Assembly (NCBI GenBank): GCA_003246455.1
Contig: QKAF01000079.1
Location: 399 to 64,398, forward strand
Source: Bacteroidota bacterium
Lineage (GTDB): Bacteria > Bacteroidota > Ignavibacteria > SZUA-365
Reading direction: 5' to 3'
DNA length: 64,000 bases
Below the pieces are notes generated by a model that searched no databases, was not told where the DNA came from, and saw nothing but the letters and a program-made list of their open reading frames with translations. The position numbers and the translations under genes are program-made. This document shows positions 8,281 to 17,910 of the stretch, one piece after another. Every line of letters begins with the position of its first letter. Within the stretch, counting starts at the first letter, position 1.

Positions 8281-10200
8281 TCAGCGGGTGACGATCACGA
8301 GCCGGCGGAGACGCTGCGCGCCCTGTTCCAGCTGCAGGATGTAACTTCCGGCCGGAAGCGTGCGCAGGGAAATCTGGCGAGTGGACGATGGTCCGTGGTA
8401 GACTTCGCGGCCGAGGACGTTGAAGAGCCGGAGCGTTCCATCCGGCGCGTTGTGCGTGACATTGAGCTGCGCGCGCGCGGGGTTCGGCCAGGCCTCGAGC
8501 GAGAGGGTCGCGCTTTCCGGCAGCGTGCCTCCGGAGAGAAGCGTGCCGTCGATGTCGATGTACTGATTCGCGGGCACGTCGGTCAGGCTGGTATGCGCGA
8601 ACGGCTGACGCGGCCACAGTACGACGATGCTGTCCGCCTTGGTGTTGCCGCCGAGGCCGAAGAGCAGTTCGAGCGGCTGCTGACCCGAGAAATGCCCGCG
8701 GCCCGCATGGACTTCACGCATCTGGCGGACGCCGCCTGCGTACACGATGACCCTCGCGCCGACGGCCGTGCGGTTGACGCCTTCGGGACCGGTGAGCTGT
8801 ATGCCGATCCAGTTGTTCTTGTTGCCGATGGTGTTTTCGAGAAAGACGATATCGGCGCGATCGGCGTTGCCCGTCTGATCGAGATGATTCGAATTCATGA
8901 CGAGATCGTAGTCGCCGTCACGGTCATAATCCAGCGCTTCGAGCGAATGCGGGCTGCGGATCTTCCCGATGAGATTCAGTTCCGGTGTGATGTCGTAGAA
9001 CTGGTGGTCCGCACTCTGCAGGTAGAAATACGGACGGTCGGTGGCGTCGATGTATTCGCATTCGGTGATGACGATGTCGGCGAGCATGTCGTTGTTCATG
9101 TCGAGCCACTGGGCGTCCATGTTGCCGAGGTGCGTCGACTGCGGGTTGGCGCGATGCAGCAGCGAAAGGTCCTGCACGTAACGGTAATCGCCTGCCGGTC
9201 CCTGGTTGACTGCGATGACCGTACGGCCTTCGCCGGAGTCGAGACCGCCGTGGACGAGCACCTGGAGAACATCCATGTCGCCGTCGTTATCGTAATCGTA
9301 CGGGTATGCACCCCACTGGCAGAGATTCTGCCCGTTGTCCCCCTGCAGGGTCCGCGCGTTGTATCCCATCATGGGAGCGATGTCGCGGAAGGTGCCGTTG
9401 CCCTCGTTCCGGAGGAGGCTTCCGTTGCTGCGGCAGTAGGGCGAGGTCATGACGTCGGTCCAGCGGTCGTTGTTCCAGTCGATGCAGGACGCGCCCTGCA
9501 TGGGATACGAGGTGGTGACGCGCGCCTGCGATGAGACGTCCGTGAACGTTCCGTCGCCGTTCCCCTTCATCAGCCGGTCGGCGTGGTATGGCCCGTTCGG
9601 TGTCCGCCAGTATGCGGCCACATAGACGTCGAGCGTGCCGTCAAGATCGTAATCGAACCATGAGAAACCCGACGCGCTGATCGCCCACTGGGGATCGGAG
9701 GGATCGGTGAGCGCTTCGAGCCCGTCGTTGGCGACATGGGAAAACACCCCGTGTCCGTCGTTGAGGAGGACCTCGCAGCGGTCTTCGCGAAACGGGATGT
9801 TGTCGTTGTACATCCATACGCCGTTGATCAGGTCGAGATCGCCGTCGTTATCGGCGTCGCCGAATGAAATGGACTCGACCTTCTTCGTCGTATCGAGGGA
9901 AGGATGCTTGTTGACGCCGCTCGCTTCCGTGACGTCGGTGAAAATCCGGGGCGGCACCGCAGGCACGGCGGGATTCGCAATGTTCATGTATACCCGCATG
10001 TCGCCACGCCGGTATGTTCCACGCACGACGGCGATGTCGGGAAAATGATCGCCGTTGAGGTCCATGGCGTTGAAACGGAGGGCCTTCGTGTCATTGCCGA
10101 AGCCGACGTCATGCGTGGTGATGCGAAACCATGTGCTGTCCTGGCTGTGGAGGTTCGCGGTGAAAAGAATGAGAAGCAGGGAGACGGTCGCAATACGCAT
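8281..10200 (-). CDS. Secreted FG-GAP/VCBS repeat + ASPIC/UnbV (CRTAC1-like) protein with T9SS C-terminal domain
   Basis: Repeated DxDxDGDxD motifs, NRTAVGARV..LLFGLG..V.WP (ASPIC), C-terminal AWPNPA..FNVLGREV..LPAGSYIL. Confidence 0.88.
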   Translation of the reverse strand: MRIATVSLLLILFTANLHSQDSTWFRITTHDVGFGNDTKALRFNAMDLNGDHFPDIAVVRGTYRRGDMRVYMNIANPAVPAVPPRIFTDVTEASGVNKHPSLDTTKKVESISFGDADNDGDLDLINGVWMYNDNIPFREDRCEVLLNDGHGVFSHVANDGLEALTDPSDPQWAISASGFSWFDYDLDGTLDVYVAAYWRTPNGPYHADRLMKGNGDGTFTDVSSQARVTTSYPMQGASCIDWNNDRWTDVMTSPYCRSNGSLLRNEGNGTFRDIAPMMGYNARTLQGDNGQNLCQWGAYPYDYDNDGDMDVLQVLVHGGLDSGEGRTVIAVNQGPAGDYRYVQDLSLLHRANPQSTHLGNMDAQWLDMNNDMLADIVITECEYIDATDRPYFYLQSADHQFYDITPELNLIGKIRSPHSLEALDYDRDGDYDLVMNSNHLDQTGNADRADIVFLENTIGNKNNWIGIQLTGPEGVNRTAVGARVIVYAGGVRQMREVHAGRGHFSGQQPLELLFGLGGNTKADSIVVLWPRQPFAHTSLTDVPANQYIDIDGTLLSGGTLPESATLSLEAWPNPARAQLNVTHNAPDGTLRLFNVLGREVYHGPSSTRQISLRTLPAGSYILQLEQGAQRLRRLVIVTR

Positions 10201-10217
10201 GCGTGTTCTCCTCCAAG

Positions 10218-12044
10218 TTATGTGTGATGATCAGTTTTCGGACCCGGCAGGTGCAGCGTGAATCGCGAACCCCGACCGGGAGCGCTCTTCAGGGTGATGC
10301 GTCCGCCGAGGACGCGCGCAAATTTCTGGCTGACGCTCAGCCCCAGTCCCGATCCGTCGTACGCCCGGCTGTATCCTTCGCTGGCCTGGCGGAATTCGTC
10401 GAAGATCACTTCCTGGTCATGCGGGGAAATCCCGATACCGGTATCCTCTACGTGAATGATGATGCCGTCGTGATGCGGTGTGCCGGTACGATCCACCGAG
10501 AGTGCGATATGTCCCTCACGCGTGTATTTCACCGCGTTGTTGAGAAGATTACTGAGAATCTGCCGCAGCAGCCGCTCGTCCGTGTGAATCGTCAGCGGGC
10601 GCGCGGGAAGATCGCTGCGCAGTTCGAGTCCCTTCTTCTGCGCATTCGCCTTGTAGAGGCCTTCCACTTCGTGGATGACGCGCGAGAGCTCGATGTCTTC
10701 CCAGTTCACGTTGAGCTTGTCCGCCTCGATGATGGAAAGATCCAGGATGCTGTTGAGCGTTTCGAGCAGACGGTGTCCGCTGGAGTTGATGATCGCGGCC
10801 ATGTCACGCAGCTCGTCGTCTTCAAGCGCCTCTTCGAGCAGGCTGGCGAAGCCGAGGATGCCGTTGAGCGGGGTACGGAGTTCGTGACTCATGGTGGCGA
10901 GGAAATTCGATTTGATGCGGCTGACTTCCTCGGCTTTCTCCTTGGCGAGCCGCATGGTCTCCTGAATGCGCTTCCGTTCGGTGATGTCGCTGATAATGCC
11001 GTCCTGATGCCGCAGCGTTCCGTGTTCGTCAAACGCCGCCCGGACGTTCAGCGCGCAGTCGATGATGCTGCCGTCCCTCCGATACAGGGTGACTTCCCAA
11101 TCCTTGACGAGCCCATGCTTTTCGAGGACGGAGAGCGTGCGCTCCCGCTGCGCCGGTTCCACGTAAAAATCCCCGGTCCTGATCTGGTACAGTTCGTCCA
11201 CGGAATCGAATCCGAACATGCGGGCCATCGCACCGTTCGCATAGACAATGCGGCCGTCGGGGGTGCTGCGGTAAAGGGCGAGGGGCAGATTCTCCTGCAG
11301 CGAGTGCATGCGTACTTCGCTGTCGCGCAGCGCCTCCTGCGCGGCCTTGATATCGCTGATGTCACGGGTGATCGAGAGGATGTGCGGTGTTTCACCGATC
11401 TGGATCAGCTGCGCGGACATCCATGCCGTCGTGGTGCTGCCGTCTTTTCTGCGGAAACGTGCTTCGAGATTCCGCACCTGGCCGTTCTTTTTCAGTCCGG
11501 TCAGGAGCTTCATGCGGTCGTCGATGTCAGACCAGATGTCGATCTCGATCGATGTGCGTCCGATGACATCGTCCCTGGTATACCCCGTCAGCGCGGTGAA
11601 CCCCTGGTTGATGTCGACGTACAGACCGTCGGCGAGCCGATTGATGTTGATCGCGTCGGGACTCGTATGGAACGCGCGACGGAACAGCTCCTCGCTTTCC
11701 TCGAGACGTTTCCGCGCAAGCGCCTTCTCCGTGTCGTCGAAGCCGTAGATGTGCACACAGTCGCATGAGGGAACGGGGACGACGGAAAGATACAGCAGCG
11801 TCTTTCCGGCGTTGACTTCGGTGTCGAATCGCTGCCCGCTTGCGAGCACCGTCGTGACGAGTTCGCGCCAGTCCACCGGAATCTGATCGCCGATGCCGCA
11901 CTGCCAGAAATCGAGCAGCGGCTGACTGGCCGCGTTCGCATACGACAGCACCCCGCTCCGAAGGATGCGGATCACCGGAAAGGGATTACCGTTCGGGAAA
12001 AGATCGGAATGGTCGACCGAAGCTGCGCCGGGGGCGTTTTCCAC
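10218..12044 (-). CDS. Cytoplasmic multi-PAS sensor histidine kinase
   Basis: Three PAS-like domains, [32 protein letters not shown]. Confidence 0.9.
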   Translation of the reverse strand: MENAPGAASVDHSDLFPNGNPFPVIRILRSGVLSYANAASQPLLDFWQCGIGDQIPVDWRELVTTVLASGQRFDTEVNAGKTLLYLSVVPVPSCDCVHIYGFDDTEKALARKRLEESEELFRRAFHTSPDAININRLADGLYVDINQGFTALTGYTRDDVIGRTSIEIDIWSDIDDRMKLLTGLKKNGQVRNLEARFRRKDGSTTTAWMSAQLIQIGETPHILSITRDISDIKAAQEALRDSEVRMHSLQENLPLALYRSTPDGRIVYANGAMARMFGFDSVDELYQIRTGDFYVEPAQRERTLSVLEKHGLVKDWEVTLYRRDGSIIDCALNVRAAFDEHGTLRHQDGIISDITERKRIQETMRLAKEKAEEVSRIKSNFLATMSHELRTPLNGILGFASLLEEALEDDELRDMAAIINSSGHRLLETLNSILDLSIIEADKLNVNWEDIELSRVIHEVEGLYKANAQKKGLELRSDLPARPLTIHTDERLLRQILSNLLNNAVKYTREGHIALSVDRTGTPHHDGIIIHVEDTGIGISPHDQEVIFDEFRQASEGYSRAYDGSGLGLSVSQKFARVLGGRITLKSAPGRGSRFTLHLPGPKTDHHT

Positions 12045-12244
12045 AGCAGATTCCTTCTGTCGCGCGGGACATCACAGCGACGAACAGTCTCTTCCGTCGC
12101 GTCAGTTCGACGGAAGGGAAGGAGTTATCGAGACGAAATAGGACAAAAGGCTCGTATGGAGCGTCTTAATCGTAGCAATAATAGGGAAATCGTTCGGAAG
12201 TTCCAACGCGGGGGAGGCAGGATGCAGGCAGCAGGAGACGTCTG

Positions 12245-12270
12245 CAGGGGCGCAGCATGCTGCGCCCCTG
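12245..12270. repeat. REP-like perfect palindrome
   Basis: CAGGGGCGCAGCATGCTGCGCCCCTG, 26-bp perfect inverted repeat. Confidence 0.65.
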
Positions 12271-12285
12271 GACGTGCGTATCGGA

Positions 12286-14406
12286 TCAGGGATGCGAGGC
12301 CAGGACCGGCAGCAGCCGCTGCGCCGTGCCCCCCGGACCGTGGACGCGGAGCAGAAGCATCGACGCCGGCAGGGTCGTGAGCGGCAGGGTCAGATCGTGC
12401 CGCCCTGCATCGAAACCGCCCATATCCTTCCGGATGAGCACCCGTCCGAGCAGGTCGCAGATCTCAACGGTCGCAGTGCCGCTGCGCTGCATGTCCAGCC
12501 GGAGCCGCAGCGCCCCGTCATCCGACGAGAGCGGCAGCGGATACAGGGCCGTAATGGAAAAGCCGGCAGGTACCTCCGCTGTTACGGGCGTGGCGAGCAG
12601 TGACTGCGTACTGCGGAAGAGCCCCTGCGTCGCCGTACCGGCGAGGAGACGTCCGGGAGCGATGCCCGTACTGGAACGTTCGAATGCAATCGCATTCAAT
12701 CCCGTGAAGGGAAGAGGCGGGAGGACTTCCCAGTCGTTCGAAAGTCGCCCGGCAAAGAGTATCCTCTCCCTGTCGACGAAGGCGAAGTCATCGGGATTGT
12801 AGAAGGTCAATTGCCGCGGCGCGGATACCGTTACCTTCGGGACCTCTTCCCAGATGCGGCCATCATCCAACGCCACGTAAAGGGATGTCGGGGTTGCCGC
12901 GTACATGGGACCCCACCAGGACACGGGATTGGCGGCGATTTCCGTAAGCCACTGCGGGAGTCCGTCGACGAGCACGAGCTCCCAGCTCTGACCGTTGTCG
13001 GTGCTGCGGAACAGTCCGCGGTCGGTGCCCGCGAGTACGATCGGACCATCCTGCTGTGCGGACAGCGCTGCGGCCGCGATACCGCCGGAGGGAACGATAT
13101 CCCCAAGCTTGATCCAACTGCCCGTCGATTCGATATACGCCTGAAGGCTGCCATCCGGTATCGTCGAAAGCAGGGTGTCGTTATCCGCACAGATGGCCAG
13201 AGAAACATCGCTTGCGCCGGCGCGCGGAAGCTCGGTCCATGTCGCTCCATCATCGCTGCTGCGGAGGATGTCCCCATCGCAGAGCGCATAGATCGAACCG
13301 CTGGCGGTTTTAAGCATTTGCAGCACGGAAACGCCCCATCGTTCGATCGCGGCATACTCCCAACTCATGCCCGCGTCGGTGGAACGGTAGATTCCGCCGG
13401 CCTCGGTGCCGACCAGTATCAGGCCGTCATTTCCGGAAAGGATCCGGTTGATGTTCTGTACGAACAGGCCGGCATCGCCTACGGCAAAGGTATTCCCCTG
13501 GTCGGTGCTGCGGAGCAGGCGTCCTGCGGAGTTGAGCAGTACGGTGCCGTCGGCCATTGCGAAAATCCGGCTGGACATCGGATACGCGGCGAAGGGGCCT
13601 TTCTCCCAGCTCCCGCCGAAATCCGTCGAACGCATCATGCCGCCCGTGCTTTCGGCGACCATGATGTTTCCGCCCGCGTGTTGAATGGTGTAGGTGTTGA
13701 GCCCCGTCAGCCCGTCGACGAGCTCCCAGGTCACGCCGAAATCGGAGGATCGATACGTCGCATTGTTCAGTCCCACGTACAGTGCGTCGCCGGTGGGAAC
13801 GCTGACCATGTACACGGCCTTGCTCGGGAGCGCGGCGTCGATCGCCGTCCAGTTCGCCCCCTGATCGGTGGAACGGAACACCCCGACCTCGTACGCTCCG
13901 GCATACCAGTTCCCTGCCGGATCCGCGGCCACCTTGTAGTCGCGCGCCGCGCCGGGCAGAGGGACGCTCTGCGTCCAGTTCGCCCCCTGATCGGTCGAAA
14001 CAGCGATAGACCCGCGCATGCCGAAGAGCACGGTGCCGTCGCTCGCGGAAGCGGCATACAGCGCCATATCGCCGGGACTGCATTTCGTCCAGCTTTGGCC
14101 GTTGTCGGCGCTTCGATAGGAGCCGCCATAACCGAGCGCGTAGAGCATGCCGTCGGCTGCGGCGTGAAGGGTTCTGGTACTCACCGTCCAGGCTGCCCCG
14201 TAGAGGAATTCCCAGCTGGCACCGCCGTCTGCTGACCGGTAGAAGGCTCCGCCATGCGCAGTGGCGATGATATCACCGTTTGTCGATGCGAAGGAATTGA
14301 TTATCCCGCCCGTCGGTCCCGGCAGCCGGTCCCAGTCCGCCCATTGGGAGTAAAGGGTCGATGAAACGAGAAGCAGCAGGGTGAGGATGGACGCGAGACG
14401 GAACAT
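12286..14406 (-). CDS. Secreted BNR/Asp-box (YCF48-like) beta-propeller protein with T9SS-like C-terminal domain
   Basis: Many RSxDxGxxW repeats, signal peptide, C-terminal LYPLP..DLLGR. Confidence 0.85.
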   Translation of the reverse strand: MFRLASILTLLLLVSSTLYSQWADWDRLPGPTGGIINSFASTNGDIIATAHGGAFYRSADGGASWEFLYGAAWTVSTRTLHAAADGMLYALGYGGSYRSADNGQSWTKCSPGDMALYAASASDGTVLFGMRGSIAVSTDQGANWTQSVPLPGAARDYKVAADPAGNWYAGAYEVGVFRSTDQGANWTAIDAALPSKAVYMVSVPTGDALYVGLNNATYRSSDFGVTWELVDGLTGLNTYTIQHAGGNIMVAESTGGMMRSTDFGGSWEKGPFAAYPMSSRIFAMADGTVLLNSAGRLLRSTDQGNTFAVGDAGLFVQNINRILSGNDGLILVGTEAGGIYRSTDAGMSWEYAAIERWGVSVLQMLKTASGSIYALCDGDILRSSDDGATWTELPRAGASDVSLAICADNDTLLSTIPDGSLQAYIESTGSWIKLGDIVPSGGIAAAALSAQQDGPIVLAGTDRGLFRSTDNGQSWELVLVDGLPQWLTEIAANPVSWWGPMYAATPTSLYVALDDGRIWEEVPKVTVSAPRQLTFYNPDDFAFVDRERILFAGRLSNDWEVLPPLPFTGLNAIAFERSSTGIAPGRLLAGTATQGLFRSTQSLLATPVTAEVPAGFSITALYPLPLSSDDGALRLRLDMQRSGTATVEICDLLGRVLIRKDMGGFDAGRHDLTLPLTTLPASMLLLRVHGPGGTAQRLLPVLASHP

Positions 14407-14537
14407 GTTTCCTCCGGGAGATAGCTGATGGCGAATCGCTGATCTGAATATAACAGATGAAGCGCCCCGATGTTACAGAGAATCGTGACGCCATCCGCAT
14501 CCATGACACCGGAGACGGGGAGGAGTTCCCGAACCAT

Positions 14538-14575
14538 AAAAAACGGCGGGTCTGAAAAAGACCCGCCGCAAAAAA
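14538..14575 (-). terminator. Intrinsic terminator after pruA
   Basis: CGGCGGGTCT-N5-AGACCCGCCG stem with A-tract on its left (U-tract on - strand). Confidence 0.75.
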
Positions 14576-14661
14576 TCAATCCGTGAAATCCGCTCGCCGC
14601 GGCGCGGTGCCGTGAAACGGCACGAAACCGGGTGGTTACCCTTCCACAATGACCCCGCGGA

Positions 14662-16293
14662 TTATTCCTCGCCCATGAACGGGTATTCCCACGCTTTCGG
14701 CGGCGCGAAGGTTTCTTTCAGGGTACGGACGGACATCCACCGCAGCAGGTTCATCGCCGAACCGGCCTTGTCGTTGGTGCCGGAGGCGCGGCCGCCGCCG
14801 AAGGGCTGCTGACCGACCACGGCGCCCGTGGGTTTGTCGTTGAGGTAGAAATTGCCGGCGGCGTTGCGCAGGCGGTTCGACATCATCGTGAGTGCGTAGC
14901 GGTCCTGGCCGAAGATGGCGCCGGTGAGGGCGTACATCGACGTGGTGTCGCAGAGGTCCAGCGCTTCGTCGAGTTTGTCATCTTCGTAGACGAAAATCGT
15001 CAGTACCGGACCGAAGATCTCTTCTTCCATGCTCTTGAAGCGCGGGTTGGTCGTGACGATGGTCGTCGGTTCGACGAACCAGCCTTTCGACGCGTCGTAA
15101 TTCCCGCCGGTGATGATTTCCGCGTCATCCGCGGCTTTCGCATGGTCGATGTAGGACGTGATGGAGGTGAACGCGCCCTTGTCGATGACTGCGCTCATGA
15201 AATTCGTGAAGTCCGCGGGGTCGCCCATCTTGATCTTCGCGACCTCGGCGGTGTATTTCGCCTTGAACGCGGGCCAGATCGACTGCGGAATGTACATGCG
15301 CGAGGCGGCGGAACATTTCTGTCCCTGGTACTCGAAGGCGCCGCGCAAGGCCGCGACCACGAGCGCGTCGACATCCGAACTGCTGTGCGCGAAGATGAAA
15401 TCCTTTCCGCCGGTTTCGCCCACGATGCGGGGATACGCACGGTATTTCGCGATGTTCTCTCCGACCGTTTTCCACATGTCCTGGAATACCGCGGTCGAAC
15501 CGGTGAAGTGAATGCCCGCGAGGTGCTCGCTGGCCATCACGGGATTACCGACCTTGGCGCCGGAACCGGGAATGAAGTTGACCACGCCCTTCGGCAGTCC
15601 GGCCTCGATCAGCAGCTGCATCAGGAAATAGGCGGAGTAGACGGCGCTGGATGCCGGTTTCCACAGCGCAACGCCGCCAACCATGGCGGGGGCCGTCGGC
15701 AGATTGCCGGCGATGGACGTGAAGTTGAACGGCGTGACGGCGAAGACAAAACCTTCGAGCGGACGATATTCCACGCGGTTCCACATTCCCGCGGGCGAAT
15801 ACGGCTGATCCTTCATCAGTTCCGTCATGTAGTACACGTTGAAGCGCCAGAAATCGATCAGCTCGCAGGCCGAGTCGATTTCCGCCTGGAACGCGGTTTT
15901 CGACTGCCCGAGCATGGTGGCGGCGTTGATCGTCGCGCGCCAGGGACCGGCCAGCAGATCGGCGGCCTTCAGGAAGATCGCCGCGCGCTGCTCCCACGGC
16001 ATCGCCGCCCATTCAGTCTGCGCTTCGATTGAGGCCGCGATGGCCATGTTCACTTCTTTTTCCGATGCGCGATGGTACACGCCCAGTTTGTGCCCGTGGT
16101 CGTGCGGAATCCGCATTTCCGCGGTGTCGCCGGTGCGGATTTCCTCGCCGCCGATAATGAGCGGCACATCGATTTCCATCGCCTTCAGTTCGGCGATTTT
16201 CGCTTTCAGTTCGGCCTTTTCCGGACTTCCCGGCGCATATGCTTTGATCGGCTCGTTGATCGGCGCCGGTACCTTGAAATATGCGTTGGACAT
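14662..16293 (-). CDS. pruA: L-glutamate gamma-semialdehyde (P5C) dehydrogenase
   Basis: PFNFTSIAGNL, HFTGS, GETGGKDF, FEYQGQKCSA, EEIFGP, NDKPTGAVVGQQPFGG. Start MSNAYF with CAGGAG SD. Confidence 0.95.
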   Translation of the reverse strand: MSNAYFKVPAPINEPIKAYAPGSPEKAELKAKIAELKAMEIDVPLIIGGEEIRTGDTAEMRIPHDHGHKLGVYHRASEKEVNMAIAASIEAQTEWAAMPWEQRAAIFLKAADLLAGPWRATINAATMLGQSKTAFQAEIDSACELIDFWRFNVYYMTELMKDQPYSPAGMWNRVEYRPLEGFVFAVTPFNFTSIAGNLPTAPAMVGGVALWKPASSAVYSAYFLMQLLIEAGLPKGVVNFIPGSGAKVGNPVMASEHLAGIHFTGSTAVFQDMWKTVGENIAKYRAYPRIVGETGGKDFIFAHSSSDVDALVVAALRGAFEYQGQKCSAASRMYIPQSIWPAFKAKYTAEVAKIKMGDPADFTNFMSAVIDKGAFTSITSYIDHAKAADDAEIITGGNYDASKGWFVEPTTIVTTNPRFKSMEEEIFGPVLTIFVYEDDKLDEALDLCDTTSMYALTGAIFGQDRYALTMMSNRLRNAAGNFYLNDKPTGAVVGQQPFGGGRASGTNDKAGSAMNLLRWMSVRTLKETFAPPKAWEYPFMGEE

Positions 16294-16475
16294 GAAAATT
16301 CTCCTGCGATTCGTGTATCGGGATGTATGTTCTCTGACTGTTTCGAGCCCCTGCGATATGTCGATTCCCCGCGGCGGTGCGATCAGCGTACCGCCAACTC
16401 CAAAATTACGCATCCCGCGCCGAACATAAAAATGCGGGAACCCGGAAGATATTCCGCTTCCGTCCGCCTTCCATC

Positions 16476-16504
16476 TTGACGTTGTGCTGTCACGATGTTA
16501 TTCT
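16476..16504 (+). promoter_or_regulatory. Sigma70-like promoter with extended -10
   Basis: TTGACG-N17-TATTCT, with TG one base before the -10. Confidence 0.55.
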
Positions 16505-16589
16505 GCGCCAGGGCCGGTACCGCTTACTTTATGAGATCGTCAATGAACGGCTGCTCGTGACCGTGGTCCAAGCAGCACATCGCCGGGAG
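16500..16589 (+). pseudogene. 3' remnant of a RelE/ParE-family toxin gene
   Basis: Translates [30 protein letters not shown], typical of the RelE C-terminal half. No N-terminal half or antitoxin. Confidence 0.6.
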
Positions 16590-16596
16590 CCAATCG

Positions 16597-17031
16597 ATGA
16601 ACATCATCCCGAAATCCATCACTCTGGGACCGTTCGCACGGGGATTTCATCTCGTGACCGACGAGATCGCCCGGCAATTGCCGGAGCTTCGGAATGTGCG
16701 CGCCGGACTGGCGCACATCCACATCCTCCACACCTCCGCCTCGCTGACGCTCAACGAAAACGCTGACCCCACGGTGCGCGGAGACTTCGAACGCTGGTTC
16801 AACCGCGCCGTACCGGAAAACGCGCCGTATTACCGCCACACCAGCGAAGGGCCTGACGACATGCCCGCCCATCTGAAAGCTTCCCTGCTCGGCAGCGGTG
16901 TCCTTGTTCCCGTCCGTGACGGCCGCTTCCTCCTCGGAACATGGCAGGGGATATACCTTGGCGAACACCGGGAACATGGCGGGGCGCGGAGGATCGTCGT
17001 GACGATTTTTGGGGAGAAGACTGATTGCTGA
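16597..17031 (+). CDS. yjbQ: YjbQ/UPF0047 secondary thiamine-phosphate synthase family
   Basis: [36 protein letters not shown]. Confidence 0.92.
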   Translation: MNIIPKSITLGPFARGFHLVTDEIARQLPELRNVRAGLAHIHILHTSASLTLNENADPTVRGDFERWFNRAVPENAPYYRHTSEGPDDMPAHLKASLLGSGVLVPVRDGRFLLGTWQGIYLGEHREHGGARRIVVTIFGEKTDC

Positions 17032-17102
17032 TGACTGATTTCTCCCCCATTCCCCGTAATATTGTCCTTTAACCATCATCCATCAGCAATCATCCATCAG
17101 CC
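17022..17102. repeat. Short heptamer repeats in inverted arrangement
   Basis: Four tandem ATCA(T/G)C(C/A) at 17075-17102; reverse-complement copies at 17022-17039. Confidence 0.55.
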
Positions 17103-17870
17103 ATGCGACTCATTCTCACCCAACCCCAGCTGAAAGCTTTCGACAATTCGCATTCACGCGAAACGATCGCACGGATTCTCGAAACGATACCGCAGGGATT
17201 CCGTCGCGACGATATCATCGTGCTTCCCGAACACGCGTTCTTCGTGCAGACGCAGGAAGAATACCTGTCCATCCTGCAGCCGATGGCCCGCGAGATGGGC
17301 TGCCACGTGGTGGGAGGGTCGTTTCATGAAATCGGGGAAGGAGTGAAGCGCAACACCGGGGCGGTGTTCACCCCCGAAGGAGAGGTGCTGGGATGGTACG
17401 ACAAGCTGCGCCCTTACTCCGACGAGCGCAGCCGGGTGGATCCAGGAACGCGCCTTGGGGAATTCCGCGTCGGGGAGGTGAACGTGATGGTGACGATCTG
17501 TGCCGATTTCTGGTTCAGTGATCTGTTCTTCCAGGCGAAGGCCCTGCCCGATCTCGTCCTGGTGCCGGCCCTGTCCGTGACCAGGAAATCGACACCCGAC
17601 TACTCGCGCGCTCTCTGGCGGCACCTGGCGATCAGCCGGGCCTATGAATTCGGCGTACTCGCCGGCATCAGCGACTGGGGATATCCGTCCGCGCTTCCGA
17701 AGCATATCACCAGCGGCGTCGGCGGCTTTGCCGACACCACGGGCGTGGATCCCGGCGCGTTCTACCGCGCCACCGGGGACGCCGAACTCCAGCTCATCGA
17801 ACCGGATTTCGCTGCCCTGGCGCACTTCCGCCACGACAGAAACGAACGCGGATTCTACTGGAAAAAGTGA
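17103..17870 (+). CDS. Carbon-nitrogen hydrolase (nitrilase superfamily)
   Basis: Catalytic triad motifs VLPE, YDK, TICADFW. Confidence 0.85.
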   Translation: MRLILTQPQLKAFDNSHSRETIARILETIPQGFRRDDIIVLPEHAFFVQTQEEYLSILQPMAREMGCHVVGGSFHEIGEGVKRNTGAVFTPEGEVLGWYDKLRPYSDERSRVDPGTRLGEFRVGEVNVMVTICADFWFSDLFFQAKALPDLVLVPALSVTRKSTPDYSRALWRHLAISRAYEFGVLAGISDWGYPSALPKHITSGVGGFADTTGVDPGAFYRATGDAELQLIEPDFAALAHFRHDRNERGFYWKK

Positions 17871-17910
17871 ATCATCCCCGGCGGCATCTTCTTCCGGGGA
17901 CTTCCGGTGG

